Source of the DNA: Stegostoma tigrinum
Taxonomy: Eukaryota
Assembly (NCBI RefSeq): GCF_030684315.1
Contig: NC_081356.1
Location: 77,484,835 to 77,548,834 of the forward strand
Reading direction: 5' to 3'
DNA: 64,000 bases
Below are positions 24,517 to 36,656 of the stretch, in pieces. The translations under genes were made by a program, and so were the position numbers. The first letter of the stretch is position 1. Each line of letters starts with the position of its first letter. The notes beneath the pieces were generated by a model that searched no databases, was not told the DNA's origin, and saw only the letters and a program-made list of their open reading frames with translations.

Positions 24517-25720
24517 CATCATCAAGCTAGTGGACCTATGCCTTACCACCCACTTCACTTTCAATAACAAAACCTTCAGACAAACCAACGGTACACCCAT
24601 GGGATCTCCGATATCAGGGTTCTTAGCAGAGGCAGTAATGTAGAGACTCGAACAAACAGCTCTGCCAACCATCCAACCCAAACTTTGGGTCTGCTATGTG
24701 GATGACACCTTTGTCATCACTAAACAAAACAAATTAGAGGAAACCTTCAAGACCATCAATAATACCATTACTGGCATAAAATTCACAAAAGAGGAGGAAA
24801 ACAACAACAAACTGCCATTCCTAGATGTCACAGTAGAGCGAACAGCCAATGGGGAAACAACACATACGGACCAAATACTGAACTACAGAAGCAACCATCC
24901 CAACATCCACAAACGAAGCTGCATTAGAACATTATTTCAACGAGCCACCACACACTGCAGCATAGAGGAACTACGAAGAGCAGAAGAAAATCACCTACAC
25001 AGCGTATTCAAAAAGAACGGGTACCCAATGAACACAGTCCGATTTCTCAGCAACAAACCCAAACAAACAGACAAAACGGGCCCAGAAACCATAACCACTC
25101 TCCCCTACATCAAAGACATCTCGGAAATGACTGCCAGACTACTTGGACCTCTTGGCATCATGGTAGCCCACAAACCCACCAACACACTGAAACAGCAGCT
25201 AATGAACTTAAAAGACCCTATACAGACAACAAGCAAAACGAACGTCATTTACAAAATACCTTGCAAGAACTGTGACAAACACTACATTGGACAAACAGGC
25301 AGAAAGCTAGCCACCAGGATACATGAACATCAACGAACCGCAAAAAGACATGACCCACTATCACTATATTGTTACGTACAGATGAGGAAGGACACCACTT
25401 TGACTGGGACAACACATCCATCCTAGGACAAGCCAAACAGAGACACGCACAAGAATTCCTAGAAGCATGGCATTCCAACTGGAACTCCATCAACAAACAC
25501 ATTGATTTGGAGCCCATCTACCACCCTCTGAGAAAAAGAACAGGAAATGACACCAACACATGAAATGACATCACCAACCCAAGGAAACCTAAACACAAAT
25601 AGAAAGTGGGACATAACACCAGCGCTTCATCGGAGGCTCACTGATGATGTTACCTCGAATGGTGACGAAATGTCTGAAAATGAACCTTCCAGCTCAGCGA
25701 GCAAACTTACATCCAGAACT
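24517..25720 (+). mobile_element. Penelope-like element: RT C-terminal part, GIY-YIG endonuclease and terminal repeat
   Basis: GTPMGSPISG, YVDDTF, HPNIHKRSCIRTLFQRA and VIYKIPCKNCDKHYIGQTGR; an in-frame stop and a frameshift are present. Confidence 0.9.
25636..25680 (+). ncRNA. Minimal hammerhead ribozyme motif (PLE-associated)
   Basis: tca-CTGATGA-t-GTTACC-tcgaat-GGTGAC-GAAA-tGTC-tga: conserved core, 6-bp stem II and UCA/UGA stem I. Confidence 0.7.
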
Positions 25721-26314
25721 GTCTGCAGTCTTTCTCCATTTAAAAATATTTAGCACCTTTGTCCTGCCAATATACTTAGCCTCACATTTTCCATGTTATA
25801 TTCTATTTGCTAAGTTTTTTGCCCACTTGCTTTATTTGTCCATATCCCCCTGCAGACTGAGTCATACACAGCACTTGCCTTCCCAATTATGTTTGTTATC
25901 TGCACACGTGGCTGTAATACATTCAATTTCCTCATTCTAGTTACTGTCTAATGTGTATTGTAATAATTGTGGCCCTGACACTGAGCATGTTGGCACTCCT
26001 AGTTAGATTGTCATTCTGAAAATATACTCCTCCATCCTCCACACCCCAATTCTGTCTTCTATTAGTTAGCCAGTCCACTGATCCACGGTAATATACTTCC
26101 AACACTATAGACTTTAGTTAAATAGCCTAATGTGTACTTTATCAAATGCCTTTTAGATATTTCACATCTACTACTTCCCCGTTGACTGTCTTGCTTGTTC
26201 CTTCCTCAAAGAATTGTTTGTCAGACAGAATTTTCCCTTAGTGAAGCAAGGCTGACTCTGCTTGTTCAGATTGTATATTTCAAAATGCTGTGCTGTTTGT
26301 CTTCTACAAAATAA

Positions 26315-26630
26315 TAGAAACCCTATGGTGTAGGAAGAGGCCATTTGGCCTATCGAACCTACACCAACACGCAGGAGAGCATCCCACCCTAGCCCAAAAG
26401 CCATTTATTTACAGCACTAATCCACCTAGCCTGTACGTTCCTGTACGCTATAAGACAATGTAGTGTGGGCTACGTGCACATCTTTGGATTGTTGGAGGCG
26501 CTGGAGCACCCGACGGAAACCCACACAGATACAGGGAGAATGTGTAAACTTCACACAGAATTAGCTAAGTCTGTAATCAAGCCTGGGTCCCTGGTGCTGT
26601 GAGGGAGCAGTGCTAACCATTGTGCCTTTA
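26315..26630 (-). mobile_element. tRNA-derived SINE (HE1/V-SINE-like)
   Basis: Reverse complement of ggcacaatggttagcactgctccctcacagcaccagggaccc... Confidence 0.75.
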
Positions 26631-26999
26631 TAAATAAACTCTAACATCATTCCAATAACAGAAGTTAAACTGACTGCCCTATAGTTACCAAATTTATGTC
26701 TCCTCTTTTTAAATAAAAATGTTAATTTGGCAATTTTCTTTCTTATGGGAGTTTTACAGAATCTAAGGATTTCTGGAAGATTACTCCCAATGTGGCCACT
26801 ATCTCTTTAGCTTCTTCCTTAAAAATCCCAGAATGAGTCAGGATCTTATCAGTCTTCTGCGCCATTAGTTTTTCTTTTTTTTTGGTCCAGTGATAGTTTT
26901 TGATTCTATCCTCATCTCCTTCCACCACTATCCTCTTTCCACAACACCTTCAGTTCCTTGATTATTTTATAGTTTTGGAGCCATGAAGACTGATAAAGT

Positions 27000-27660
27000 G
27001 GATGTGAGTTTACTCGCTGAGCTGGAAGGTTAGTTTTCAGATGTTTTGTCACCATTCTAGGTAACATCATCAGTGAGCCTCCGGTGAAGCGCTGGTGTTG
27101 AGTCCCGCTTTCTATTTATCTGTTTAGGTTTCCTTGGTTTGGTGATGTCATTTCCTGCGTTGGTGATGAACATCAACTAGCCACAAAAAGACATGACCCA
27201 CTATCACTAGTATCCTTACACACAGATGAGGAAGGACACCACTTTGATTGGGACAACACATCCATCCTAGGACAAGCCAAATAGAGACATGCACGAGAAT
27301 TCCTAGAAGCACGGCATTCCAACCGGATCTCCATCAACAAAAACATTGATTTGGAGCCTATCTACCATCCTCTGAGAAAAAGAACAGGAGTTTTGAAAAG
27401 ATTTGTAGCTCAGGTTGAGTTTCTGGATGTGAGTTTGCTCGCTGAGCTGGAATGTTAGTTTTCAGACGTTTCATCACCATTCGAGGTAACAATGACCTAA
27501 GGAAACCTAAACAGACAAATAGAAAGCGGGACAAAACACCACAGCGCTTCACCGGAGGCTCACTGATGTTACCTAGAATGGTGACGAAACGTCTGAAAAT
27601 TAACCTTTCAGCTCAGCGAGCAAACTCTCATCCAGAAACTCAACCTGAGCTATAAATCTT
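27000..27660. mobile_element. Cluster of four Penelope terminal fragments in alternating orientation
   Basis: About 27000-27167 (-), 27168-27388 (+, copy of 25326-25543), 27389-27492 (-) and 27493-27660 (+); same family as 24517-25720. Confidence 0.8.
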
Positions 27661-27934
27661 GCCATTACTTACTATGTAGACTTGAAATTTAAAAAAATCA
27701 GGTAATATGTGTATATAATGTTCTGATGAATTTCTGTAGAAATATTGTAGAAGTTCAGAAAGATCCTTAGACCGCACCATTCAAATTCATGAGCATTACC
27801 ACCTGGGAGAAGAAGCAGCCGATGCGTGAGAACGCTGCCACCTGCGAGACCCCATCTGAGCGACTCACTGTCCTGACTTGGAAATATATTGCTGTACTTT
27901 TATTGTTGTTGAGTCAAATTCTTGGAATTCCCTC

Positions 27935-28586
27935 CCTGTGTACAGGATAGTTAAAAAGGCAGATGGGACACTTGCTTTCATCAGTTGTGGCATCAAGTAA
28001 TACAACAAGAAGTTAACGTTGGGAGTTGTACAATTGGTCAGGCCACAGATGGCGTACTGTGTGCAGTTCTCACCACCTCACTACAGGAAGGATGTGACAG
28101 GACTAGACAGGGTACAGAGGAGGCTCACCAGGATGTCGCCAGGAATGGAAAAATTGAGTCATAAGGAGAGGTTTGGATTTTTTTTTTTAGAGATACGAAG
28201 ACTGAAGAGAGACTTGATTGAGGTGTATAAAGTTATGAGCTGTATGGGCGGAGTGAATAGAGAGCAGCTGTTCCGCTTGGGGTCAACAGGGCATAGCTTT
28301 ATGATAAGGCGCGGGAGATTGAGGGGATTTGGGATAGTGGGAATCTGAATATACTGCCTGGGAAGGTAGTGGAGGCTGGAAAACTTACAACTTAAAAAAA
28401 ATTCTTGGATGAGCACTTCAAATATCATAATATTCAAGGAGAGGGACAAGTGTAGGAAATTGAGATTAGCGGACCTTTAGTGCTGTTTATTGTCAGTGCA
28501 GGACACTCTTCCCTGAGCGTATGGAAAAAGAGCTGCTCCCCACTGACTGTACATAGCCAGCTGTAGGGAATCTAATCTAATCTAAT
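27935..28586 (+). mobile_element. CR1 3' fragment nested in an L2-like 3' end
   Basis: LVRPQMAYCVQFSPPHYRKDV; ends in (aatct)n. The host element reads ...ggaattccctccc on the left and continues ccctcacagcatt... on the right. Confidence 0.7.
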
Positions 28587-30208
28587 CCCTCACAGCATTA
28601 TGGATCGACCTACAGCACATGGATTGCAGTGGTTCATGAAGGCAGTTGTCAAGAGCAACCGAAAACAGACAATAAATGCTGGCCCAGCCAGCAATGCCCA
28701 CATTCCATTAGTGAATTAAATAAAATGGAAGCAAAATATTGCATATGTGGAAAGCTGAAAATAGGCACTTATGAATTAGCAGCAGGAATAGGCTACTGGG
28801 TCTCAAGCTTGCTCTGTCACTCAGTAATATGTTTCTGATCTGATTACTCCAATTGCTTGCGTAGCTTTGGTAACTTTTCATCTGTTCTTTATTAAGAACC
28901 TTGCTACATCTCCTTTCGAAAATAAGCAAGAGCTGTCCTCCCACCACTTTTTAAGAAAGATGGTTCCAAAGACCTTTTGGGGGAAAAAAAATTCTGATCT
29001 TTTTCTTAAGTGGGCAACCCCGTTATTTTTAAACAGACCCCCAAATACTTGTTTCTGTTACAAGAGGAAACATCCTTGTCTATATCCACCTCATCAAAAT
29101 CCCTCAGGATCAAACCTAGTTTGTCCAACTTTTCCTGAAATGGGCAAGTTGTCTTAAGAGGTATTGGTTTGCTAAACCATGTCGGAAGTGCTTCCAATGT
29201 ATTTCCAGCACACACGTGTGTGAAATAGGAGCAGAAGTAGACCACTTGGCTCCTCAGTCCTGCCCTTCCATTCAGTGAAGTAATGGCTGATCTGTTTATG
29301 TTTCAAATTTCCTATTCCTGTCTACTTCCCTCATGACCCTTGAATCCCCTGTTTATCCACTTAGGAAACATCCTTTCCACATTCACCTTGGCAAGACCAC
29401 GCAGGATCATATCCCCTTCATCTTTCATTCTTCTAAATTCCAGTGAAAGCAAGGCTAGCCTGTCCAAATATCCTGAAGCCAACTCAACTTTAGAGATATT
29501 AATCTGGGAAACCTCCTCTGAACCACGTCCAATGCGTTTACATCTTTTCTTCAATAAGAAAACCAAAACTGCATCCAATATTTGTATGTGATTTAACTAA
29601 TGTTCTGTATAACTGAAAGTTAACATACATACTTATTTTGTACTCAAGGATAGTATTCCATTAACTTACTTGATTATGTGCTGCATGCTTATGTGACTCT
29701 ACCCTCTGCGCCTCAGATTTCTGCAGTTTTTATCTAAGTAATATTCTACATTTTTTGTTCTTCTGGCCAAAGTGAACAACTTCACATTAAATCACATTAT
29801 ACTGTACCTGTTAGATTTTTGTTCACTCTCTGGGCCTATCTGTTGTCTGTCTGCAACTTCATTTTGTCTTCTTTACAGTATATCTTTTTATGTTTCTCCA
29901 GTATTTAAATACCATGGCTTCTCTCCCCTCATCTAAATCATTGATGTAAATTGTAAAATGTTAGGTCTCCAGCACACATCCTGCTGGACACCACTTGTCA
30001 CATCCTTTCAAATCAGTCCTATTTATACATGTTCTACCTTCTGTCAGCCAGCTATTCTCCCCTAAATTATGATATGGTATCACCCTCAAATCGTCAGCTT
30101 TTATTTCCTGCAATCTTCTTCAATTTAGCAGCTTATTAAATCATACAGGGACCCAATTATTCACAGCAGAATGTTCCTTCAAAAAAGTCCAGTCCAGTAA
30201 ATTGATTA

Positions 30209-30399
30209 CAGTAGGTCCCTGACTTACGAACATTGACTTATGAACGCCTTTGTTCACAAATATGATCAGGTTGTAATTTTAAAGACCAAACATTTCCGGT
30301 ACTTAAAAATGGCTGCTTTACATTGTGTTCCAACTTATGTACAAATTGACTTCGGAACAGACTGTAAAACGGACCCTATCGTAACCTGCAGACTGGCTG
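30209..30399. mobile_element. Tc1/mariner (Tigger/pogo-like) MITE
   Basis: TA|CAGTAGGTCCCTGACTTACGA ... TCGTAACCTGCAGACTGGCTG|TA: imperfect 21-bp TIRs (12/21 matches) flanked by TA on both sides. Confidence 0.6.
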
Positions 30400-31788
30400 T
30401 AAACATGATTTTCCTTTAGTAAAACTATACACACTCTTTCTGGGGTTGCCTTGAGTTTAAGTGCAGCTACAATTTCTTTAGTAGTCAATTCTAAATGACG
30501 TGTGAATCTAACTGGCCTGAACTTTCTCTTTTCTGCCTTCCTCCCTTCTTGAATAGATTAATTATAATCAATATTTAAAGTCTGTTGGATCCTTTCCTGA
30601 ATGTAGGGAACTTGAAAAATTAACACCAATGCAACTGCTAACCTCTTACCATCCTAGAATGAACTTCATTCTAGAACCTGGAGGCTTGTCAAGCCGCAGC
30701 TCCATTGATTTGCTTATTAGTTCTTCCTTTCAGATAATTTTGCTAAGTTTCTCTCTCCCTTCCATCTCCTGACTTACAGCTGTAACTGGATATTTTTGTA
30801 TCCTCTAACAAAGACAAGCATAGATTTTATTTACTTCATCCTGTCGTTTCCTTATCATCTACTATTCTCCCCATTCTCTCCAGAGGACCAACACCCAACT
30901 TGCTTTTTTTTAAAGTCCTGTTGAAACTTTTGCTTTTGGTTTTTACATTTCTAGCTATCTCGCATACTCTAAATTCTTCTTCCTGATTAACCTTTTTGTC
31001 ATTATCTGTTAATCGTAATTGTATCAATTGTCTGATCTATGTTCAGATTTAAAAATAGAATAGACCATAACCACTTATTAGAGACTCACCAACAGCTAGC
31101 TCGTTTCTATGATAGCAAAAACTAATTCCAGTCAACTGTAATGAATCCAGCTCTCTGATTGCCTGTCTTGAAATTATAACCTTGCCTCCTCCTTTCAATG
31201 ATATTGACTACCTGACTTTCCTTGCCTGTTCTTGGTGATGCCCACTGTCTTGGTGTCCTCACCTTCCTTCCTTTTCACTGCTCCTTAACTACCAGGGTCT
31301 CGGCCCAAAACGTCAGCTTTTGTGCTCCTGAGATGCTGCTTGGCCTGCTGTGTTCATCCAGCTTCACACTTTATTATCCTAAACCAGAACTGTGTATTGT
31401 GCTCCAGATGTGAGTGCATCAACACACTGTCTGACTGAAGTATAATCTTGTAATTGTTGTTTCAATTTCCCACCAATAGATTACTTCCTACTAACTTGTG
31501 TAATCACTTGCTTGCACTTGCATTCAAGCCTTTTACAATTCATGTACCGGTAGAACAGCAGGTCAAGCAAGATTTTGGGAGAAAAACAGTTAACATTTCA
31601 GATCGTGATAATATCCTTCTTACATTGCATATGGATATTATCAAGTTGATTATAACTGCAGAATAAATAAGTTTAGCTGTTTGAAAACTGACTACAGTCA
31701 TGTCTGTCATTGGTTACTTTAGTAGGAAATCTTTGCAAATAACGTATTTGAATTTTAAACACTTTGATTATTTTTTTCCCCAATCCAG

Positions 31789-31910
31789 AATAGCTAATTT
31801 AGAAAAGGACAAAAATGCTAATCTTTTCAACAAAAGGAATGAGTTTAGAGCTGAATACAGCATTCTTGAAGAATTGGAGCTGAAACTAACAAACAACAGG
31901 AAAACAGAAA
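31789..31910 (+). CDS. CCDC112: CCDC112 coding exon 3
   Basis: ccag|A ATA GCT AAT TTA GAA; IANLEKDKNANLFNKRNEFRAEYSILEELELKLTNNRKTE; donor A|gtaaga. Confidence 0.93.
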
Positions 31911-32279
31911 GTAAGAATTATGAATTTTTGGGGCTATTTTGCTTGTAGCTCTCAATTTTCTTTTTGCTGTCATAGTCACCTTTGTTTTTTTCCCCTGTGT
32001 AATAATAAAGAGAACACATTTTGAATATTACTGAAGAAAAGAAATGTTAAAGTTTTTGTCTTGTACTCATCAGGACAAATGAAAAATATCAAATTTCAAA
32101 CTATCACAATTCATGCATCAGGTTAGAAGGTTGACTCTAACTGACCATGGTGTATAGGACTGGGACAGGTAGAGGGGAGAGGAGAGGCAAGTGGGTTTGG
32201 GAGGGAAAGATCAGGAGTGGAGGGCTCTGCCCCTCTCCCTGCACTGTGCAAGGGGAGGTTATGGCCAAGTGCTATGATC

Positions 32280-32603
32280 TCTGGATGGTTAATCCAGAGA
32301 TCCAGATAACGTCTGGGGGCCTAGTTTGATTCCCGCCACAGCAAATGGTGGAATTTGAATTCAATAAATATCTGGAATTAAGAATCTAATGATGACCATG
32401 AATCCATTGTCAATTGTTGCAAAAACTCATGGTTCACTAATATGCTTCAGGGAAGGAAACTGCCATCCTTACCTGGTCTGGTCTACACGTGACTCCAGAT
32501 CCACAGTAATGTGATTGACTGTTAACTGCCCTCTGGGCAATTAGGGATGGGCAATAAATGCTGGCCTGCCCAGTAACACCCATATCCCATGAATGAATAA
32601 AGA
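32280..32603 (+). mobile_element. Deu-domain SINE (SacSINE1-like)
   Basis: ggtggaatttgaattcaataa...ccttacctggtctggtctacacgtgactccag...gggatgggcaataaatgctggcc...atgaatgaataaa; multiple copies in the window. Confidence 0.75.
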
Positions 32604-32902
32604 AACTCTTCCCCCTACATTCTTGACCCCTTTAATCCTCCCTGACTCTTCTCTGCTCTTGCTTACCAGAGCAAACTAAAAATGCATTTTGCATTCCGTA
32701 TAGTTTGCTTATTACTACTATATTTTTATACCTTGTGTCAGGTGGAACTTCTCTTCTAAGACAAAGCGCTTTGGATTTAAGCTTTCCTACTTTCCAATAT
32801 CTGACTTTGTTTCAAACTTTGCTTTTTAACATTCCTCTGAAGTGTGTTACCAAAACATGCATCTTAATTCATAATTTCTTGTTTTAATATTTCTTATAAC
32901 AG

Positions 32903-32992
32903 GTATGAAGGTTCAACAGCAACTTGCAAAATTACGTCACAATGTGAAGAGATTCCAGAGCCAGCTTATGGATGTTAAGCCCACTCCAGAAT
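32903..32992 (+). CDS. CCDC112: CCDC112 coding exon 4
   Basis: MKVQQQLAKLRHNVKRFQSQLMDVKPTPE; 90 nt, phase 1/1; acceptor aacag|, donor |gtatgt. Confidence 0.93.
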
Positions 32993-34963
32993 GTATGTAC
33001 GACATGCAAACAAAAATGTACGTGTATCAATGATTCTGATGTACTATATAACATACTATCAAAAGCTATGCAGAAATTCTTTAAGTCCTTAGTACAAGGA
33101 GAATGGTTGGATGTTTCTATAGAATAAAAATACTGGCATGGACCAGTTTAGCCAAGTTTTATTTTCAGCTGCCACTTCTTTAACGAGAAAGTGTTGCAAC
33201 ATTCTGGAAAACTGACCAGGATCGAGTGCTGTTTTGGTAGTGATAACTTCTTGCTTTGTTTCATTCTCAGTAAGAATTGCACTTCTGTTGTCAACTACCA
33301 AATTAGATTGAACCAGAGTGTCCTGCTTCTATCCAGTACTTCATCTCATCATGAGAACTGAGAAGTTTGAATGTTAATTCACATTTCTCTTTTTTTTTTG
33401 GGAGGTTTCACCCAAGTTCGGCTTTTGCAGTGCTGTAATATTGCAGGATCATTTTGGTCATTTCTACAGAAAAACTTCTGAACAATAACAGCACAGAAGG
33501 TGGCCATCTGGCCTGTACCTGGATCAATCAACAAAAGTCTGACTGCACTAATCCCCACTTTCTAGTTTTTAGCTTGTAGCCCTGGAGTGAATATCTAAAT
33601 GCTGTTCAAATGATTTGAGTTTCTGACTCAATCAAGCAATGAGTTCCAAAATCTTAACATCCTCTGGGGGAAAGATTTCTCAACTGCACTCATAATGTTC
33701 TACCTCTTACTTTAAACCTATATTGTCCTTTTATTGATCTCTGCACTAATGGAAAAAATATCTTTCTATCCACCCCCTTCATGTCCCTTAATCTTATCCC
33801 CTCAATCTTCGCTACTCTGCAGAAAACAACCCTTGCATATACAATCTTTCCTTTATAGCTCAGGCCCTCCAGATCCAGGCAGCAGCCTGGTAAATCTCAC
33901 TTTCTGCACCTTTTCTAGTGAAATCACATCGTTCCTATAATGTGTTCACCAGAACTATGCCCAGTACTCCAGGTGTGGCCAAACCAACATTTTATACAGT
34001 TCCAACCTCCCTCGTTGAAGTTAAATTCTTAATTACTTTCGATATTTCTTTCATGAAAAGAAAATACATTGAATATTTTTCCCATAGGTGTTTAGCAAAC
34101 CTTGATAAATGTTGGATTCTTCAGACATCAAAGAATAAGCAACTTGTTGACTTTTCTCAGTAATCAAAGACCTTATTGTTATGTTAATCTATCTGTGAAA
34201 AAAGGGTAGTCATGTATTTGGCAGTAGAAACGTTGCAAGGTTGGGCGGGCCCTGAACAGCAGGCTCGGATGAGGTCAGGAACCACGAGGGGAAAGGGATC
34301 CCCTGATGTCTGGATTAGAATTCAGAGAGACAACTACTTACAGTTGAGAAACAACTGACTGACTTGAACAACTTTGTATGATGTGAAGTAAAGCAATTCA
34401 ACAGTCCATATCCATCTTGATTTTGCTAAATGTTCACCTTGTCTGCTGACAACGAATTTGAAGAATTAATTGTGTGTAAAGTTTTAAGCCATGTCACAGT
34501 GGAAATACGCTGTTGCACACCAATATAAAATCAACTGCTTTAAATGTCTAAACCTCAAACTTCTTCATGGAATGACTAATACTTCTGAAACCAATTTATC
34601 ATCTCTAGTAGACCTGAATTTCTAACTAATGTATGTCAGGTTTGACTATGAAGTTCTGTGAAATTTAAGTTTTAATTATTCTGTTATTATGGTCCCGAAA
34701 CTTCCTTTGTAGCTTTTTAGGTGGTGAGTGATAGTGACCTTGTGATGATTCTTCATCGTATCCCTTTCTGATTTGAAGGTGGACAGTTTCATTTTAATAT
34801 TACTGATTTCATAGCAGTTAAAATGGCATATTTCCTCTATTGTTTATTTGTTTAAAAAGGTTTAAATGAATCACTGTTACAATTATTTGATTTATACAGT
34901 AATGAGAATAATGGCATTGGCCAACATATATTTACTAATGTATAATAAATGTGATGCTCTTAG

Positions 34964-35039
34964 TTGTAGAAAAGTTGAAAGAAATCATGGAAGAGGTAGA
35001 AAATGCAATCACTACCTTTAAAGAAGAACAAAGGCAGAT
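34964..35039 (+). CDS. CCDC112: CCDC112 coding exon 5
   Basis: FVEKLKEIMEEVENAITTFKEEQRQ; acceptor cttag|, donor AT|gtaagt. Confidence 0.93.
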
Positions 35040-36245
35040 GTAAGTTCTTGTATATCTGCACTTATCAGCACCATGACAATTCAGACCTTGAGTTGAATTA
35101 TATGTGTTAATGTTATGGCTGAAAATTAAAACTGAATCTTTGAAGCTGAGGTTTTAAACTTGAATTGACTGTAAATTTGTTATTAATCTCGATACACACT
35201 TCCAGTCTGTGAACTTATTTTTCAACATCTGCACAGAACAAATTTAAATTTATGAGCATAAAAATGAATTCTGTGTCCACACTGAGCTTTGGTGCTACTT
35301 TAACACTTATTGGGATGTAAGAGTTTAGGAAAGAGTGGCTGTGGCAGAAATTAACTATCTGAACCCTTTATTGTCATTGCCATAATTCAGCGAAAATAAG
35401 CAAAACAGTCAGTGGCAGAATTAGAAATGATAAATTTAGGTTGTTACTAGAGAACAATTTATAAAGTTATGATTAAATATGTTAGTAATTTGAAATGTCA
35501 AGCTGGGAGCAATTTGAAATGTTAAAGGGACCATCTCGACTGTCATCCTCCTGTTACTGAGTCATATAAAGTTTACCTAGGAGGAAATTTGAATTCTCCC
35601 ACATGCTCCATTTCACCACTGTTTTAATACCTTCATTCTCTGCTGGGGTAGTTTAATGGAATACTGCTAAAGAAATTTGCATTAGCATCTGCTGCCTTCC
35701 ACATGCATGACGTTAATGGGTGTGATGTTAATACATGGTGCTTCTAGTGCATTAAACTATCTGTTAGAATATAAACTTAGATAGTCAATAAATTTCAGTT
35801 AGCTGGGAAATAACAGCATGTGGAACTATTCTTATATTTTATGAAAAATTAGAATAAGCACTATTGTCCTCTCTTCCTACTGTTTCCTTTGTAGCATTTG
35901 TTCAAGAGTGAATTTCATAGCACATAGCAGGATATCAGAGAATCTAGTTTCTTTCACTTTAAGATGCATGACCTGGCAGCACTAGTATTGAATTATAAAG
36001 GGATCTACGAATGACATGATACACCAGGACGTTTGAATTAGTTGAATTTTGTCTAGAATAAGGTTGGATTTATCAGTTAGGAATGGATTCAGGCTGAGGG
36101 TATGCAAACCATATAAAAACAACTGTTGTTTTGATCCAAAACAGTTTGTACTTGTACATACCCATTTTTAAAACCTGCATCGTTAGATTTGTACCAGAGA
36201 GCACCTTTGCAAATATAATAGTGTTTCCACTCATTTTTAACAAAG

Positions 36246-36630
36246 GTATGAAGAACTCCTGAAGGAGGAAAAAACTACTACTCAGGAAATTTTGGCTGTG
36301 GAAAAAAAAATAGAAGTATGGGCCCAGATTCCAACAGAAGCAGTGATACGCAAGCCCATTGTAGCAAAAGGAGTATCCACTAACTCTGGTCCAGAGAATG
36401 TGTTAGTTGAAATTACGGAATTTGATAAGTTCCTTCAGCAGACTGGATGCCAAGGTGGTTGGGATGATTTTGATCATCAGGACTTTCTCAAAGTCTGGAC
36501 AAAACACAAAGGAAAAGCATCATTTATTGAGGAAGCTCTGCAACATTTGATTGGGAGGACCCGTGAGGATATAATGCAACATGTGCAATGGTATCAAGAG
36601 TTTCTCTTCCTAGAAGAGAGGCAGAAGGAG
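36246..36630 (+). CDS. CCDC112: CCDC112 coding exon 6
   Basis: YEELLKEEKTT...FLQQTGCQGGWDDFDHQDFLKVWTKHKGK...WYQEFLFLEERQKE; donor GAG|gtagga. Confidence 0.95.
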
Positions 36631-36656
36631 GTAGGAATTTGACGAAATATTTGTTT

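Larger units (their letters stand above)
23925..26290 (-). mobile_element. Degenerate CR1 split by the Penelope insertion at 24517-25720
   Basis: CR1 3' tail and ORF2 remnants (reverse) flank both sides of the PLE. Confidence 0.55.

Noticed and set aside
27680-27706. aaatttaaaaaaatcag|gtaat as candidate CCDC112 exon 2 end
   Set aside because: No convincing open upstream exon with homology; the 23621-23745 exon fits phase and sequence.
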